5,326 nucleotides of DNA from a virus (Duplodnaviria; Heunggongvirae; Uroviricota; Caudoviricetes). The position numbers and the translations under genes were made by a program. The stretch lies in IMG/VR virus record IMGVR_UViG_2713896785_000005; one strand, given 5' to 3'. Below are positions 3,559 to 5,326 of this stretch, piece by piece. The notes under the pieces were generated by a model, which had not been told where the DNA came from, made no database searches, and was given only the letters and a program-made list of their open reading frames with translations. Positions within the stretch are counted from its first letter, which is position 1, and each line of letters starts with the position of its first letter.

Positions 3559-5216
3559 TACCTGTGTGGAGCACGGCCTGCCCGGACTGGGCAGAGCGCC
3601 TGAAAAAGGGGCTGTCGATTATTCCGGCTCCGATTTATCCGGACCAGGCTGCACATGCACTGGCGATTTTTAAACAACTGCGAATTGTGGATGCACCGGG
3701 TAGCCCGACATTCGGGGAGTCCTGTGCACCGTGGGTGTTTGACCTGGTGGCGGCCCTGTTTGGCTCCTACGATGCGCAGACCGGTGTTCGCCATATCAAG
3801 GAAGTGTTTATCCTTATCCCCAAGAAAAACAGTAAGTCCACGCTGGCTGCGGGGATCATGATGACGGCGCTGTTACTGAACTGGCGGCAGGCGGCGGGCT
3901 ACACCATTCTGGCCCCGACCGTGGAGGTGGCGGCTAACGCCTTCAACCCTGCCAGGGATATGGTACGACGGGACGATGATCTGGATGACCTCTGTCAGGT
4001 GCAGACACATATCCGGACCATCACCCATCGGGTGACGGACACCACCCTGAAGGTGGTGGCAGCCGATCCGAATACGGTGTCCGGTATCAAGTCCGTGGGG
4101 ACACTGATTGATGAACTGTGGCTGTTTGGCAAGCAGTACAAGGCGGAAGACATGCTACGTGAAGCCATCGGCGGGCTTGCCTCCCGTCCGGAAGGGTTTG
4201 TGGTGTATACGACCACCCAGTCGAATGAACCGCCCGCCGGGGTGTTCAGACAGAAACTGCAGTATGCCCGGGATGTCCGTGACGGCAAAATTCATGATCC
4301 GCACTTTCTGCCGGTGATTTTTGAGCATCCTCCTGAAATGGTGGAAAGCGGGGCTCACCTGCTGATGGAAAACCTCGCCATGGTTAACCCGAATCTCGGT
4401 TATTCGGTGGATGAGGCTTTTCTGTACCGGGAGTACCGTAAAGCCCGGGAGGCTGGTGAGGAAGCATTTCGTGGCTTCATGTCAAAACATGCCAATGTGG
4501 AAATTGGTCTTGCCCTGCGTTCTGACCGCTGGGCGGGTGCGGATTTCTGGGAGCAGCAGGGCAGGCGCGTCAGCCTGGACGATATCCTGCAGCGCGCTGA
4601 TGTGGTGACGGTGGGGATTGACGGCGGGGGCCTGGATGATCTGCTGGGAATGTACGTGATTGGCCGTGACAGGGAAACCCGCGAATGGCTGGGCTGGGGC
4701 CATGCCTGGGCGCATGAAACCGCGGTGGTCAGACGGAAGAGTGAGGCATCCCGTTTTCAGGATTTTGTGGCCTGTGGAGACATGACGATTGTCCGTCGGG
4801 TCGGGGATGACACGGCGGAAGTGGCGGAGTATGTGCGTCGTATTCATGAGGCTGAGTTACTGGAGCATATCGGTATTGACCCGTCAGGTGTGGGGCAGAT
4901 TCTGGATTCACTGGCGGAAGCCGGGATCCCCGACGGAATTGTTGTGGGGATAAGCCAGGGCTGGAAGCTGGGCGGGGCCATAAAAACCACCGAGCGCAAA
5001 CTGGCTGAGGGAGTACTGGTGCATGGTGGTCAGCCACTGATGGCCTGGTGCGTTGGCAATGCCCGGGTGGAGCCTAAAGGTAACGCCATTCTTATCACCA
5101 AACAGGCCAGCGGACGGGGAAAAATTGACCCGCTGATGGCGCTCTTCAATGCGGTGTCCCTGATGTCCCTGAATCCGGAACCGAAAAAGAAAGCGTATGA
5201 GGTTTTTTTCATATAA
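3555..5216 (+). CDS. Terminase large subunit (TerL), ATPase plus nuclease domains
   Basis: 553-aa ORF. N-terminal region has a Walker-A-like PKKNSKST motif; C-terminal region has VVTVGIDGGGLDDLLGMYVIGRD typical of the terminase nuclease domain. Start overlaps the TerS stop. Stop TAA 5214-5216. Confidence 0.92.
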   Translation: MIPVWSTACPDWAERLKKGLSIIPAPIYPDQAAHALAIFKQLRIVDAPGSPTFGESCAPWVFDLVAALFGSYDAQTGVRHIKEVFILIPKKNSKSTLAAGIMMTALLLNWRQAAGYTILAPTVEVAANAFNPARDMVRRDDDLDDLCQVQTHIRTITHRVTDTTLKVVAADPNTVSGIKSVGTLIDELWLFGKQYKAEDMLREAIGGLASRPEGFVVYTTTQSNEPPAGVFRQKLQYARDVRDGKIHDPHFLPVIFEHPPEMVESGAHLLMENLAMVNPNLGYSVDEAFLYREYRKAREAGEEAFRGFMSKHANVEIGLALRSDRWAGADFWEQQGRRVSLDDILQRADVVTVGIDGGGLDDLLGMYVIGRDRETREWLGWGHAWAHETAVVRRKSEASRFQDFVACGDMTIVRRVGDDTAEVAEYVRRIHEAELLEHIGIDPSGVGQILDSLAEAGIPDGIVVGISQGWKLGGAIKTTERKLAEGVLVHGGQPLMAWCVGNARVEPKGNAILITKQASGRGKIDPLMALFNAVSLMSLNPEPKKKAYEVFFI

Positions 5217-5241
5217 CCCTGCTCACCCTGTAACCATCATG

Positions 5242-5262
5242 AACCGCTGCGGCGGTTTTTTT
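5242..5262 (+). terminator. Rho-independent terminator-like hairpin downstream of TerL
   Basis: AACCGC (5242-5247) pairs with GCGGTT (5252-5257), 4-nt loop TGCG, followed by a T-run (5256-5262, TTTTTTT then ATTTT). About 26 nt after the TerL stop. Confidence 0.55.
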
Positions 5263-5279
5263 ATTTTCAGGAGGCTGAT

Positions 5280-5326
5280 GTGACTCTTAAACGGGCCTGT
5301 TCCCTGCTGACGGTGAAATCCTTCAG
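5280..5326 (+). CDS. Start of next late gene (possibly portal, by synteny), 3'-truncated by the window edge
   Basis: AGGAGG at 5269-5274, GTG 5280 five nt downstream (the ATG at 5278 is immediately followed by TGA). Open frame MTLKRACSLLTVKSF to the window end. Only 15 codons visible, so identity is by position only. Confidence 0.35.
   Translation, partial: MTLKRACSLLTVKSF

Larger units (their letters stand above)
1..5326 (+). mobile_element. Segment of a lambdoid prophage/phage late region: lysis genes, accessory (moron) region, HK97-type packaging module
   Basis: Gene order endolysin - Rz - small ORFs - HNH - cos-like region - TerS - TerL - next late gene, all co-oriented on + except one small reverse gene; start/stop overlaps (GTGA, ATGA) typical of phage operons. 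No integrase or att site is in the window, so the element boundaries are not seen. Confidence 0.85.

Noticed and set aside
3189-5212. Eleven tabulated ORFs (60-128 aa) on either strand inside TerS and TerL
   Set aside because: All lie within the two long, motif-supported terminase frames; typical spurious ORFs in GC-rich coding DNA.

Overview
This window reads as the late region of an enterobacterial lambdoid prophage, all on the + strand except one gene. In order: the 3' two-thirds of an endolysin (T4-lysozyme-like, entering from the left edge); a bidirectional intrinsic terminator; a tight cluster of three to four small paralogous hydrophobic peptide genes that I cannot assign to any known lysis function; the Rz i-spanin, whose middle (and any embedded Rz1) is hidden by a 72-N run; a 74-aa Cys-containing ORF translationally coupled to Rz; a 22-bp exact direct repeat flanking a second N-run; an AT-rich stretch carrying a reverse-oriented ribbon-helix-helix-like small gene with its own terminator; then an HK97-type packaging module (HNH endonuclease, a cos-like region with a G7/C7 dyad and five GTTAAC cores, terminase small and large subunits), a terminator, and the first 15 codons of the next late gene. 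No tRNA, rRNA, CRISPR array or transposase is visible. The sequence is draft quality (scattered N and two N-runs), so frameshift artefacts are possible. The most likely place for something undescribed is the peptide cluster between the endolysin and Rz, followed by the Cys-rich ORF and the reverse-oriented RHH gene; all functional assignments are from reading the translations, with no database search run.
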